A stretch of 64,000 nucleotides of DNA from an uncultured Candidatus Saccharibacteria bacterium (GCA_965231155.1 OZ246418.1:637710-701709); one strand, 5' to 3'; shown: positions 31,901 to 38,812, numbered from the stretch's first letter. The notes: generated from the sequence alone by a model not told the origin. Translations and numbers: made by a program.

Positions 31901-32557
31901 TCGAAGATTCGTCCTGATGTAGTTAAGCTCTTAAATACAAGCTTCGTAGTAAGTTGGCAGACGCAGAAGAAGACTACTTCCTTTGTTGAATATCAGAACG
32001 TACGTACTGGTCAGATTAAACAGAGCGGAAATGATGCCTCAGTAACCGCTCACGTTGTTCAGGTTGAAAACCTTGAGCCAAATGCAACCTATCGAGTGAG
32101 AGCTTTTGGGTATGACGAAAAAAATAATATTGTGGAAAGTGAAACTATTACTGTGACGACGAAGCGAGATATCACTCCACCAGTTATTTCTGGACTGAAG
32201 ATCGATAATACGTTCGTGCCGGGTAGAAATGATCGCATTCAAACAGTTATCAGCTGGAAGACTGATGAGCCATCTACTTCTATGATTTTATATGGTGAAG
32301 GAGCAACTGCTGGGAAGAGAGGATTGTCAGACACTGCTAGCTCTACTGATGGTTCCCTGAATACTTCGCATAATGTGATTATCACCAACTTTAAGCCAGG
32401 CACAATTTATCAGATGCAGGTGGTGTCTGTTGATAGCGCTGGCAATAAGGCAACTTCACCACCTCGAGTGATTATTACACCAAAGCAGAATCAGTCGGTT
32501 TTTGATGTCATTGTGAAAAACTTTGAAGGCACGTTTAAATTCGTTAATCCGCAGTAG
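22961..32557 (+). CDS. Giant (3198 aa) exported Ser/Thr-rich protein: 7-blade WD40-like propeller, repeated Ig-like modules, many FN3-like domains
   Basis: Uninterrupted ORF; signal peptide ending AMA-A; seven (F/S)(H/S)P.G..(I/L)A blades; W.T....S...Y / L...T.YYY.V.S.D..GN repeats; TATAAT 10 nt before ATG. Confidence 0.92.
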   Translation: MNNQSSFRRFLGYFLLVAVFFSSFGSSFLGLHQTAMAATYNFSQTTFSGGATTTSFPTHASNSVNSYSGTWWNQYYSKDASTTASTVITLASSSRSITQTDNGSTNTGFNMATSSNSSTAVTGSGDDALVELALSSARFQDILVATSSLPSNNGLGVAFHPNGKYIAVGGVGSPYLHIYNFDPDTYTIGNKITDSVTSCGSSIDSVSFHPEGRHLMVSCGGTSVMIYDFTPSATYNATSGIISGGVSRGSVAGAMNEAKFSPNGKFVAIAHGGSPYLSVYSFSTSTKNFVTLINPTDLPDGTGRGIDFSTDGAYIGLAHSINPFVSIYTFNSSTGAIGSTKKSPSNVPGGAGSSISFHPSSSYVAVGSAVSNEITIYNFNGNFGNKLTTSTLFDGSVEDVRFSPDGSYIAFAVSDADTPFHYVLGFNATSTWNATANVIGGNVQAGDNLPDDGNGIAFHPSSTFLAMAHHGSPYFSVYARVPRYPTVSGIYTSGPIDFGSKQNFTTLQYASSGLSGTSITIDVRAGNDASPPTSWTSSTANWSTSTASYVSNITSSSVSIAGLSGYQYLRYRATLSNGGTDTKTPSLESVTINSYAFPTSSTLLGSPFNAGDSTNVFSAFKWTDNASTASGTDVLFQVRTGASTGTLGTFVGPGDSASTYFSSSTCSKASGLVSCTIPSTSTLRDGSSDQWMQYKTFLISQGHNAPTITGVTSTYVVNASPDFSSVTAATTTTTSTPTSTVSIQFQVRDTDTTTNYVTSSYEYSTSSGVSWTSITSASLNSTSTVSTTVDISSYTSRTVTWSPSAQIPGVYATSVQVRVTANDFELANNLGRATGTLSVLDTKNPTSVSLSFDSRNGTDTLTIGASDDSNLQFLLSNSSDFSADGLNSSSGVWSVATTPSLSTTTTWNATGTPSYERVYLQVRDIYGNTATTSVVAPHTPQSVVLSDISNVSTGVYSEYLSWATSTDTTGATTAFYEIYRSTNNTSSFAFLASTTATTYINSGLNTSITYYYRITTKTTQGNYSNYSDIVGDQPNGRATNIAPEFNTSLDSTNQTGVIISQVTSTASSDWGKVQIQYSVRDADTHLGSSTPGYITPSFAYNIGSGWVSISGAALNSTSTNTKAVSSSSYTTYTAIWSASTSLPSQYTTNLQVRVTADDGESANNTTPGVSTPITLDTTAPTLSSSLLVNGYTANAPATSTSVTLRIQSITGAPSGETIYPQFSNDGSTWYGMSGGATTTGLGTAVSSTAGALSSLSWSWVLSGTNTVYLRVIDALNNYSATSSVDVQGINQAPQVQTLTVSQSTTTIGLVNISYQVQDSDQGSVSSSFAYSTDGASWTTLSGMNATATALSSLSTSSWNTIYATWNASSQIPNAYTSGLQVRVTLNDAQAVNSSTVATTSLNLDTLAPTRSLTLDARTTTGTVTLSLSDNNNLEYLLSNSSTLVADGQNASSGVWITVGDTSLSTSTAWNLAATSSHATVYLQVRDLYGNVTSTSAIAPGVVSGMTLQDISERASGLFKHLITWTAYEATTSASLAHYEVYRSSNNSSSFARVATTTNNSYTDLSIASTTVYYYRVVVVTTNGNYSDYSSIVSGQPTGSANTAPNFNTSLDSTNQTGATILHSATSSSPDWGRVQIQYSVRDTDTNLGSSTPGYITPSFEYNIGSGWVNIATSTLNSTSTDNKTVTTSSYNTYTAVWSASTSLPSTYTTNLRVRVTADDNESSNNTGQAVTAPITLDTTAPTLASTSLLINNSSDNAEATSTAVTLKLQSITGTPSGESVYIQFSNDGSTWYAGNADGTVTSTAGTLGSLVSSTAASLSAVSWPWVFSGSTVYVRVFDVLGNGPGTDSNTVYGYNTAPEIQNMTALQIATTTDSSWGSLRIDFETRDTDSSNNLVSSTFAFSTSSGVTWTSIPTSTLNATATASFAVSTSSYTAYSVVWNVSSTLVDTYSTDLRIRVTVNDRATVNNITSSTATVTLDTRSPSLASDSLLVNDSASSGQSTSSVVTLKLQNVTGLPTGETIYAQFSDDNSTWYGANSSGTLASSSELGSGFSSATSTLSGLSWSWNLGSGSSSRSKVLRVRIYDAYGNSGGSDTNSVGYNTSPDFNPLYGTNGLSVSQVSSSADSTWGKVIIQYNVRDTDTSVGSSTPGYITPSFEYSIGAGWSAIQTSTLGESDISNKGVNDSSYTTHSATWHASSQISGTYTTALQIRVTANDNESVSNTATATSGLVVLDTKVPSTTVQIDSRTDSLSITASDDSTISYNLSNASSLIADGSNASSGSWTETNATSTNTSSSWTLVAGATSVETVYYAVRDLFGNITTGSASAPAAPASTTVSDISTASSSNFKELISWTAYTATSGPTFASYEVFRATSADPSTFSLLASVSDSAQNYYTDTGLASSTTYYYKVAIKTSNGDYSGYGETVSDQPDGLSGAAAEGPTISDVSAAEVQASWARFTWTTDRVSDSKVEYSVATSGTPYSLSTTSLTLVTSHDITVNDLLPNTTYSFRVTSKDINNKQSTTVGSDFTTSGGPIISAVTTEAVTDHTASIIWNTNKDSDSIVVYATSTQNLRNATGTSEAGSTSLVGSPFQHRVTLSGLNTQTIYYYYVKSTDASANVSTEKNSGNFYTFSTAQDTKAPVISNILVAAKTQTAAVITWQTDEPANTQISYDTRSASSTGLAHRNLTTLDDTMTVSHAGVISDLVAGRTYYYSVKSTDAAGNITTADEVSFETANSETPIINYVSVGGGASAPADPKDKTAPGISDIEITDITPFSAKLTFKTNEEAIGFAAFGETDEYGRVLGEPKFRTDHMIPLTNLKLGTTYHLEVKASDKAGNFGTAPDQTFTTKFAVESAGDIAKLENVEQYQSEIDQLIESITPSLITPFVGKVDISDVTEDSAVIKWVTNTKTYGSVLYVADKDYDETKENPYLAEVSDTQPRTTTHQVKLSNLAFGQLYRFKVKAYTLPNVTGFSSERTFTTKSSKIRPDVVKLLNTSFVVSWQTQKKTTSFVEYQNVRTGQIKQSGNDASVTAHVVQVENLEPNATYRVRAFGYDEKNNIVESETITVTTKRDITPPVISGLKIDNTFVPGRNDRIQTVISWKTDEPSTSMILYGEGATAGKRGLSDTASSTDGSLNTSHNVIITNFKPGTIYQMQVVSVDSAGNKATSPPRVIITPKQNQSVFDVIVKNFEGTFKFVNPQ

Positions 32558-32571
32558 GGAATGAATGTCTT

Positions 32572-33606
32572 ATGACGCTGATTGAACTTAAGGACGTTAA
32601 CGTCTATTACGATAAAGGAAAACCAAACGAGTTCTGGGCTTTAAGGAATGTTAGTCTTCAGATCGAGAATGGAACGTATGCGGCTTTCTTCGGTGCGTCC
32701 GGCTCTGGAAAGACGACGATGCTCTATACCATCTCTGGAATGGAGAAGCCGGAGAGTGGAGAAGTTTTAGTGAGCGGAAGAGATATCACTAAATTTTCCC
32801 AGAAGGAGTTAGCTATCTATAGGCAGATGACTGTGGGTATTGTCTTCCAACAGTTCAATCTTATTCCTTCGATTACAGTGCTCGATAATATTGCGTTGCC
32901 AATGGCATTCCTGGGAATGCCATTTGAAATGCGCCAAGCAAAAGCTCTCGATCTCCTTAAGCGTTTCGGCATCGATAATCTAGCCAAACGTTTACCATTC
33001 GAACTCTCCGGAGGACAGCAGCAGCGTGTCGGTATTGCGCGTTCCTTAGCCAACGATCCACCGATTGTTATAGCTGACGAACCGCTTGGAAACCTTGATT
33101 CAGAAAATGCCAATAAGGTTTTGGATTTTTTGTATGATTTACAGAAAAAAGATGGCCGGACCATTATTATGGTTACGCACGAATCCTGGAGTTTAAAAGA
33201 TGCAGAGCTTATTTTTCACATTAAGGACGGTACACTCGTGAAAACTGAACGTCGTGAGGGACGAAGTCAGCCTTTCGTGCCACCAAAATCCGCCAATCTT
33301 CCAGAAGAGGTTCTTGATAAAACTTTTAAAAATATCTTCGAAAATATTGAGAAGACTAATAAGCAGAGACACGAACACAAAGAAGATAGTAAGCATAAAA
33401 TCCTTGCCCTCCTTCAGGAGTCGGGTAGGATTACCAATAATCAGGTGGAGAGTACTCTCGGGGTATCTGATGCAACTGCGACCAGATATCTCGAGGAGTT
33501 GTGCCATGAAGATAAGTTGATTAAAGAGGGGACTATGGGAAGGAGTGTAGCTTATACACTCAAGCCCATTCCCCAAGCAACGGCTACCGTGAGCAGTGCG
33601 GTCTAG
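32572..33606 (+). CDS. MacB/LolD-type ABC ATPase with C-terminal winged-HTH
   Basis: GASGSGKTT, FQQFNL, LSGGQQQR, IADEP.GNLD, VTHE; tail KILALLQESGRITNNQVESTLGVSDATATRYLEEL. Confidence 0.9.
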   Translation: MTLIELKDVNVYYDKGKPNEFWALRNVSLQIENGTYAAFFGASGSGKTTMLYTISGMEKPESGEVLVSGRDITKFSQKELAIYRQMTVGIVFQQFNLIPSITVLDNIALPMAFLGMPFEMRQAKALDLLKRFGIDNLAKRLPFELSGGQQQRVGIARSLANDPPIVIADEPLGNLDSENANKVLDFLYDLQKKDGRTIIMVTHESWSLKDAELIFHIKDGTLVKTERREGRSQPFVPPKSANLPEEVLDKTFKNIFENIEKTNKQRHEHKEDSKHKILALLQESGRITNNQVESTLGVSDATATRYLEELCHEDKLIKEGTMGRSVAYTLKPIPQATATVSSAV

Positions 33607-33660
33607 TATATTCTCGTCAGGGAGGATGGCTTAGTGTAAAATGAGTAGGTATAGATTTCT

Positions 33661-34902
33661 ATGGCAAACGACTATGGTGATTTAAATGTCACCCACCGAC
33701 TTGGATATCTTGATCTTCTTAAACTCTCAATGAGGGTTTTTCGGACTAAGTTGATGCGCACGCTCCTTACCATTTTTGGTATGTCGGTTGGTATCGGCAC
33801 AGTCCTTTTTCTGGTTTCGCTTGGTTATGGCTTGCAGTACATTTTGATTGGTCGATTGGTTACCTCGGAGGACTCTCTCATTACTCTTGAAGCGTTGTAT
33901 CCACCTGAGGTAGCAAGAAGCCTCACTCCAGCTGATTTAGAAGATATTCGGAAGATACCAGAAGTGGCCGAGATGAGTCCAGTTGCGGAATTCCCCGGTG
34001 AAATACGATCTGGCGATTTGCCAGGTTTTGCTCTTGTCCAGATTGTGGGGAGTAATTATTTTCGTCTTGCTGGTGTAAAACCTGATATTGGATCGGCGTT
34101 TAACGATGCTGAACCAGGCTTGGTCCTCTCGAACTCAGCGATGCAGTTGTTCGATGTAAGTTCAACCCCGTCCTCTTTGGGTAAACAGTTCGCTTTAAAG
34201 ATTGCCTATCAGTCAGATAATGGAGAGGAGTTGGCATCGCCAATTGAAGTTTCGCTCTCTAGCACTGTTCCCCTGGTCGGTGTTTTGACTGAAGACTCTC
34301 AGACACCAACGGTGCTTATTTCTAATAAATTTGTCCCTCAAGCACCACCATTTTTCAGGAAGGTGCTTTTGAAGGCGACTAATATCGATACCGTGGAAAT
34401 TCTTCGTGATAAATTAATCAACAAAGGATTCTTTATTTCAGCGAAGATTGATCTGGTAAACCAAGCTAGGGGAGTTTTGAGAGCAATTACCATTACACTT
34501 GGGGTATTTGGTATTACTGCTCTTTTCGTAGCCGCTATTGGAATGTTTAACACTATGATTGTTGGTTTCTTGGAGAGGATTTACGAGGTGGGTATTATGA
34601 AGTCATTAGGTGCCACCGATCGAGATATTCGGAATCTTTTCTTGATGGAATCTTCGATGCTTGGTTTCTTGGGAGGCGTTGGTGGCATCGCTTTAGGCTT
34701 TAGTTTGGGTCAGATTGGAAATCTGATAGTTAGTACGCTTTCAAGGAGGTTAGGTGGGGAATCAATTCAGCTTTTCATCACGCCCCTTTGGTTTATGGGT
34801 ATGATTATTGCTTTTTCTATTCTCATTGGATTTATGGCTGGTTTTTGGCCAGCGCGCAAGGCTGCCACTCTGTCGCCGAAGGAAGCTTTCGTAAGAAAGT
34901 AA
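33661..34902 (+). CDS. MacB/FtsX-type ABC permease
   Basis: RTLLTIFGMSVGIG, extracytoplasmic domain, ERIYEVGIMKSLGAT, WPARKAATLSP. Confidence 0.93.
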   Translation: MANDYGDLNVTHRLGYLDLLKLSMRVFRTKLMRTLLTIFGMSVGIGTVLFLVSLGYGLQYILIGRLVTSEDSLITLEALYPPEVARSLTPADLEDIRKIPEVAEMSPVAEFPGEIRSGDLPGFALVQIVGSNYFRLAGVKPDIGSAFNDAEPGLVLSNSAMQLFDVSSTPSSLGKQFALKIAYQSDNGEELASPIEVSLSSTVPLVGVLTEDSQTPTVLISNKFVPQAPPFFRKVLLKATNIDTVEILRDKLINKGFFISAKIDLVNQARGVLRAITITLGVFGITALFVAAIGMFNTMIVGFLERIYEVGIMKSLGATDRDIRNLFLMESSMLGFLGGVGGIALGFSLGQIGNLIVSTLSRRLGGESIQLFITPLWFMGMIIAFSILIGFMAGFWPARKAATLSPKEAFVRK

Positions 34903-34962
34903 GAGTTTTTTCTCTTAGTTGTTTGATTTTCTGCATTGTGTAACTATGAGTAGTGTAATCCT

Positions 34963-36132
34963 ATGAGAATCTTTATTAGTCGATTTCTTACTGTACTTTT
35001 TGTCCTGCTGGTACTTTCACCACTTTCTACCGAGGCGGCCGCTTTTAAGTATGCAGGGTGGCTGCCATTTTGGGAGAAGCAAAAAGGGGCTTTCGATCTG
35101 GCAGTGAATATCGATAGGCTTGATGAGGTCAGTCCATTTTCTTATGAGGTGCGTCCAAATGGTACCCTGGTTGATAAATTGAAGCTGAAAGAAGGTTTCT
35201 GGCCAATTTGGTTGCAATCAATGAGAGAGTTAGGAGTAAAGAATATTCCTACTGTTGCGTGGTTTGATGGTGAGGGGATACACAAACTACTGAGCAACAC
35301 CAAGAGTCGACGTGCTCACGAAGACGCGATTGCAAAGCTAGTAAAGGATATGAAGTTTGATGGTATTGATATTGACTACGAGGCTAAAAAAGCAGAAACC
35401 ATTGATTACTTCTCTCTATTTATAAAAGGACTAGCCATTCGTCTCCATCCGATGGGGAAGACTCTCTCTTGTACGATTGAGATTCGTATGCCAGTCAGTT
35501 CTCGGTACGGAGTAGTTCCTGGTGAGCCAATTGAATACGCGAATGATTACAAGGTTCTTAATAAGTACTGCGATCAAGTTCGGTTGATGGCTTATGACCA
35601 GGGTGGCGTCGATAAGTTGTTGAATACCGAGAAGGGCAATGGCCGTCTTTATGCACCGGTGGCTGATCCCGCTTGGGTGGAGAAGATTCTCCAGGAGGTT
35701 TTAAAGACAATTAGCCCAAAGAAGGTGATGCTCGGAATTCCGACCTATGGCTATGAGTATCAGGCGACTTGGGCAGATGGCATCACGACCTACCGTCGGT
35801 TGAGAAGTATTAATTTCTCTACGGCTATGACTTTGATGAACTCCTTAGGACTGACTCCTGAAAGAAATAGTGCTGGCGAGCTTGGTTTCTGGTATACCTC
35901 AAGTAGCCTCATCGAAGTCTCATCCTCTTTGAGGCGAGATGTTTCTTCTTCTTTACCCCCAGAAATTGCTTCTTCGACAGCCCGAGGAGGAATCACTCGT
36001 TTTGTTTCTTTGTCAGATGCCGAAGCCGTGGCTCAGAAAATTGCGTTAGCTAAAAAATACAAGTTGAGAGGCGTTGTTTTTTTCAAGTTTGACGGCGGAT
36101 TTGATCCCAATATTTGGACTAAAATTCAGTAG
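34963..36132 (+). CDS. Exported glycoside hydrolase family 18 (chitinase/YdhD-like)
   Basis: FDGIDIDYE catalytic motif, LMAYD, LGIPTYGY; signal peptide. Confidence 0.9.
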   Translation: MRIFISRFLTVLFVLLVLSPLSTEAAAFKYAGWLPFWEKQKGAFDLAVNIDRLDEVSPFSYEVRPNGTLVDKLKLKEGFWPIWLQSMRELGVKNIPTVAWFDGEGIHKLLSNTKSRRAHEDAIAKLVKDMKFDGIDIDYEAKKAETIDYFSLFIKGLAIRLHPMGKTLSCTIEIRMPVSSRYGVVPGEPIEYANDYKVLNKYCDQVRLMAYDQGGVDKLLNTEKGNGRLYAPVADPAWVEKILQEVLKTISPKKVMLGIPTYGYEYQATWADGITTYRRLRSINFSTAMTLMNSLGLTPERNSAGELGFWYTSSSLIEVSSSLRRDVSSSLPPEIASSTARGGITRFVSLSDAEAVAQKIALAKKYKLRGVVFFKFDGGFDPNIWTKIQ

Positions 36133-36146
36133 AGAAGAAAACTTTT

Positions 36147-36707
36147 TTAGAGTTCTCTCATTATTGCCTTAAGGCCAATTTTTTTGGTTGATGAGAAGGG
36201 GACGATCAGGTGCGAGCCAGCGATTTCTTGAAGCTCAGCTATTCTCTTGGTGAACTCAGATTTTTTAATCTTATCTACCTTACTGGTGGCAATAAAGAAG
36301 TCTTTTTGATAGTTTTTGAGATCTTCAAGCATACTCAGATCTTTATCAGTAAAACCTACGTTAGCATCGATCACTAAGATTATTTTTTTCTGAGTATAGT
36401 TTTGGTTAAAAAGGTAAGAGCTTATCAGATCACCCATTTTTTCTCGTCCGAGTTTTGAGCCTCGGGCAAAACCGTAACCAGGGAGGTCGAGGAAGTAGAA
36501 GGATTTATTGATGAGAAAGGCGTTGATCTGTTGGGTGCTTCCAGGATAGGAACTGGTGCGGGATATTTTCGTGTGGGTGAGCGCATTAATTAGGCTCGAT
36601 TTACCAACATTCGATCGACCAATAAGAGCAATTTTTGGGAGTTTGTCATTCAGAATCTCGTCGTCCCCAACGATTCCCTTAATGAATATAGCGGATTTTA
36701 TCTCCAT
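36147..36707 (-). CDS. engB: Ribosome biogenesis GTPase EngB/YsxC/YihA
   Basis: GRSNVGKSSLINAL, DLPGYGF, (S)KVDK. Confidence 0.95.
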   Translation of the reverse strand: MEIKSAIFIKGIVGDDEILNDKLPKIALIGRSNVGKSSLINALTHTKISRTSSYPGSTQQINAFLINKSFYFLDLPGYGFARGSKLGREKMGDLISSYLFNQNYTQKKIILVIDANVGFTDKDLSMLEDLKNYQKDFFIATSKVDKIKKSEFTKRIAELQEIAGSHLIVPFSSTKKIGLKAIMREL

Positions 36708-36764
36708 GGTGCTTATGCTAGCAGGCTGGAGGATGACTGTCTATTTTTATGATAAAATTAGAGG

Positions 36765-37487
36765 ATGAGCAAAACACGTGATCCAATTATCCATACTGAG
36801 TTTGATGATGGAATTAGTGGCGGTAAATTAAACTGGCTTCGGGCAGCTGTTCTTGGTGCGAACGATGGTATTGTTTCTGTTTCCTCAGTGATTGTTGGTG
36901 TGGCCGGTGCGTCTAGCTCAACGAGCTTCATTCTGACGGCTGGCGTGGCGGCGCTGGTGGCTGGAGCGCTTTCGATGGCGGTCGGGGAGTATGTTTCAGT
37001 GAGTACTCAGCGTGATACAGAGAAAGCTCTTTTGGCGAAGGAGCGTTTTGAACTAGAGCATCTTCCTAACGAAGAACTAGAGGAGCTTACGACTATCTAC
37101 GAGGGTAAGGGTTTGTCTCGAGCGACAGCAGAGGTGGTGGCCAAGGAACTAACGGCTCACGATGCATTTTCTGCTCATGTTGATGCCGAGCTTGGTATAG
37201 ATCCCAATGACCTCACGAATCCTTGGCATGCTGCCTATGCCTCTGGTTTGGCGTTTTTCTGTGGTGCAGTGATTCCTCTTCTTGCGGTTATTATTTCTCC
37301 TGAAGACATTCTTGTCCCGGCAGTTTTCGGATCGGTGATTCTGGCCTTAGTCGCCACTGGTGGACTGAGTGCCTATGCGGGCGGTTCAAAGAAAAGAGTG
37401 GCTATCGTGCGTGTCGTCTTGGGTGGTGTCCTGGCGATGATTATCACCTTCGGTATCGGAAAGATTTTTGGCGTCTCAGGAATATAG
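36765..37487 (+). CDS. VIT1/CCC1 family Fe/Mn transporter
   Basis: WLRAAVLGANDGIVS, AGALSMAVGEYVSVSTQRD, ELGIDP..L.NPW.AA. Confidence 0.93.
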   Translation: MSKTRDPIIHTEFDDGISGGKLNWLRAAVLGANDGIVSVSSVIVGVAGASSSTSFILTAGVAALVAGALSMAVGEYVSVSTQRDTEKALLAKERFELEHLPNEELEELTTIYEGKGLSRATAEVVAKELTAHDAFSAHVDAELGIDPNDLTNPWHAAYASGLAFFCGAVIPLLAVIISPEDILVPAVFGSVILALVATGGLSAYAGGSKKRVAIVRVVLGGVLAMIITFGIGKIFGVSGI

Positions 37488-37495
37488 AATTTTTG

Positions 37496-37566
37496 CTGGG
37501 GGACAGGGAATCGAACCCCGATTCACGGCTTCAAAGGCCGCTGTCCTACCGTTAGACGATCCCCCA
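37496..37566 (-). tRNA. tRNA-Gln (UUG), CCA not encoded
   Basis: TGGGGGA/TCCCCCA acceptor stem with U1-A72; anticodon arm GCGGC-CTTTGAA-GCCGT; T-loop TTCGATT; discriminator G. Confidence 0.95.
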
Positions 37567-37804
37567 ATTTCATTTTCTCACTTAATAGCTTCTTTCCTTT
37601 TGGTGTTTTGTAGAATCTTTCTGTCCGAAAGGCTTCATATCTATCATCGAACATCTCACGATAGACAAGTTTAATTGGTAAGCGACCTTTCGTAGAACGT
37701 ACCCTTCCTTGACTATGGCTTCTTAGTCTTTCTTCAAGATTCGACGTACAACCAATATAGAGTTTACCATCTTTTTCTCCCTGGAGAACGTAGACAGAAT
37801 ACAT
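37523..37804 (-). CDS. Small GIY-YIG nuclease (93 aa) whose 3' end runs into tRNA-Gln
   Basis: YSVYVL...LYIGCTSNLEERL..H..G...STK.R.P..LVY.E......A...E..YK; TACAAT 6 nt before ATG 37804. Confidence 0.92.
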   Translation of the reverse strand: MYSVYVLQGEKDGKLYIGCTSNLEERLRSHSQGRVRSTKGRLPIKLVYREMFDDRYEAFRTERFYKTPKGKKLLSEKMKLGDRLTVGQRPLKP

Positions 37805-37816
37805 AAAATTATTGTA

Positions 37817-37881
37817 CCTACCGTTAGCCTCGCCCATAGGCTGGAGCCTTTAAGGGCTACGGCCGAGGGACGATCCCCCAA
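37817..37881 (-). pseudogene. Duplicated 5' fragment of tRNA-Gln interrupted by a 42-nt GC-rich hairpin (37828-37869)
   Basis: 37870-37881 is identical to 37556-37567 and 37817-37827 is identical to 37545-37555. Confidence 0.88.
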
Positions 37882-37957
37882 GTATGCGTACTACTCTATC
37901 ATAATTGTCATTTATCCGGCAATTACGTAAGGCTCTTTTTGTGCTATACTCTGGACT

Positions 37958-38449
37958 ATGAATTTTGCTAAAAAACTCTCTCAAATATTACCAATAGTAA
38001 CAGCTGAGGCCCACTGTGATGTGCCGTGTGGAGTCTATGAACCAACAACGGCAAAGATTGCCGCGAAAACCGTTGAAAAGATGGTTCTCCAGCTTCATGA
38101 GTTGAAGATGCCAGCTGACATGGCTGATGATCATTCGAGATTGGAGTATGCGAATGCCGTTTCTCGAAGGATTGCCACCAAGGAGAAGCATCTACAGATT
38201 TGCAAGGATGAACTCTCTTTGCTTTGGTCGGATTATTTCAAGCCAGAACATCTTGAGAAGTATCCAGAATTGCATACGATGTTCTGGAACGCCTTGAAAC
38301 TTTGTTCGAAGAACAAGCAAGCGGTGGATGGTGATCTGGCGAGAAAATTGACTGTGGCCGTTGATGAGATTGCGAAGATTTTTTATGAGACCAAAGGTGA
38401 TCCGAGTCGTTATGAAGCCTACCAGCAGATTACTGACAAACTTTTTTAA
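37958..38449 (+). CDS. sodN: Nickel superoxide dismutase precursor
   Basis: Ni-hook HCDVPCGVYEP after an 18-aa leader; LWSDYFKP; TGCTATACT 7 nt before ATG. Confidence 0.95.
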   Translation: MNFAKKLSQILPIVTAEAHCDVPCGVYEPTTAKIAAKTVEKMVLQLHELKMPADMADDHSRLEYANAVSRRIATKEKHLQICKDELSLLWSDYFKPEHLEKYPELHTMFWNALKLCSKNKQAVDGDLARKLTVAVDEIAKIFYETKGDPSRYEAYQQITDKLF

Positions 38450-38726
38450 ACACCTTCTGTTCGTGGTCAAAGTGGAAGGGGAGAGTGCTTTCCCTGAGTT
38501 GATTCCGGGAAGATATTATCTGGCGAGTAGCCTCAAGAGACCACAAGTGGGGAGGTTTGTAGTTTTTTCGAATCCTTTGAATCACGGGCAGATTTTAGTG
38601 AAGAAGGTCCAAAGGTTTGAGGGTGATTCCCTCTGTGTCCAGGGGACTGTTTCTTGGGCAGTTTCTTCTCGTGAGATTGGTCGTATTCCTCTTCGATCTA
38701 CTCTTGGAGTTCTTCTAACGCATTAG
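38412..38726 (+). CDS. sodX: S24/S26-type peptidase, probable NiSOD maturation protease
   Basis: VEGES.FP.L.PG (Ser), LVKKV (Lys), SSREIG; overlaps the sodN 3' end. Confidence 0.8.
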   Translation: MKPTSRLLTNFFKHLLFVVKVEGESAFPELIPGRYYLASSLKRPQVGRFVVFSNPLNHGQILVKKVQRFEGDSLCVQGTVSWAVSSREIGRIPLRSTLGVLLTH

Positions 38727-38812
38727 AATAGATCTTGCGTTTTATCTAATATTGTTGTTTAATATTTTTAGCAGTCTTGGCGGATAGTCGAGACAAAAGA
38801 GAGGAGCTCGTC

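Noticed and set aside
37496-37881. Self-splicing tRNA intron encoding a homing endonuclease
   Set aside because: The downstream tRNA is already complete, the 5' part is duplicated rather than split, and there is no room for a group I/II core outside the ORF.
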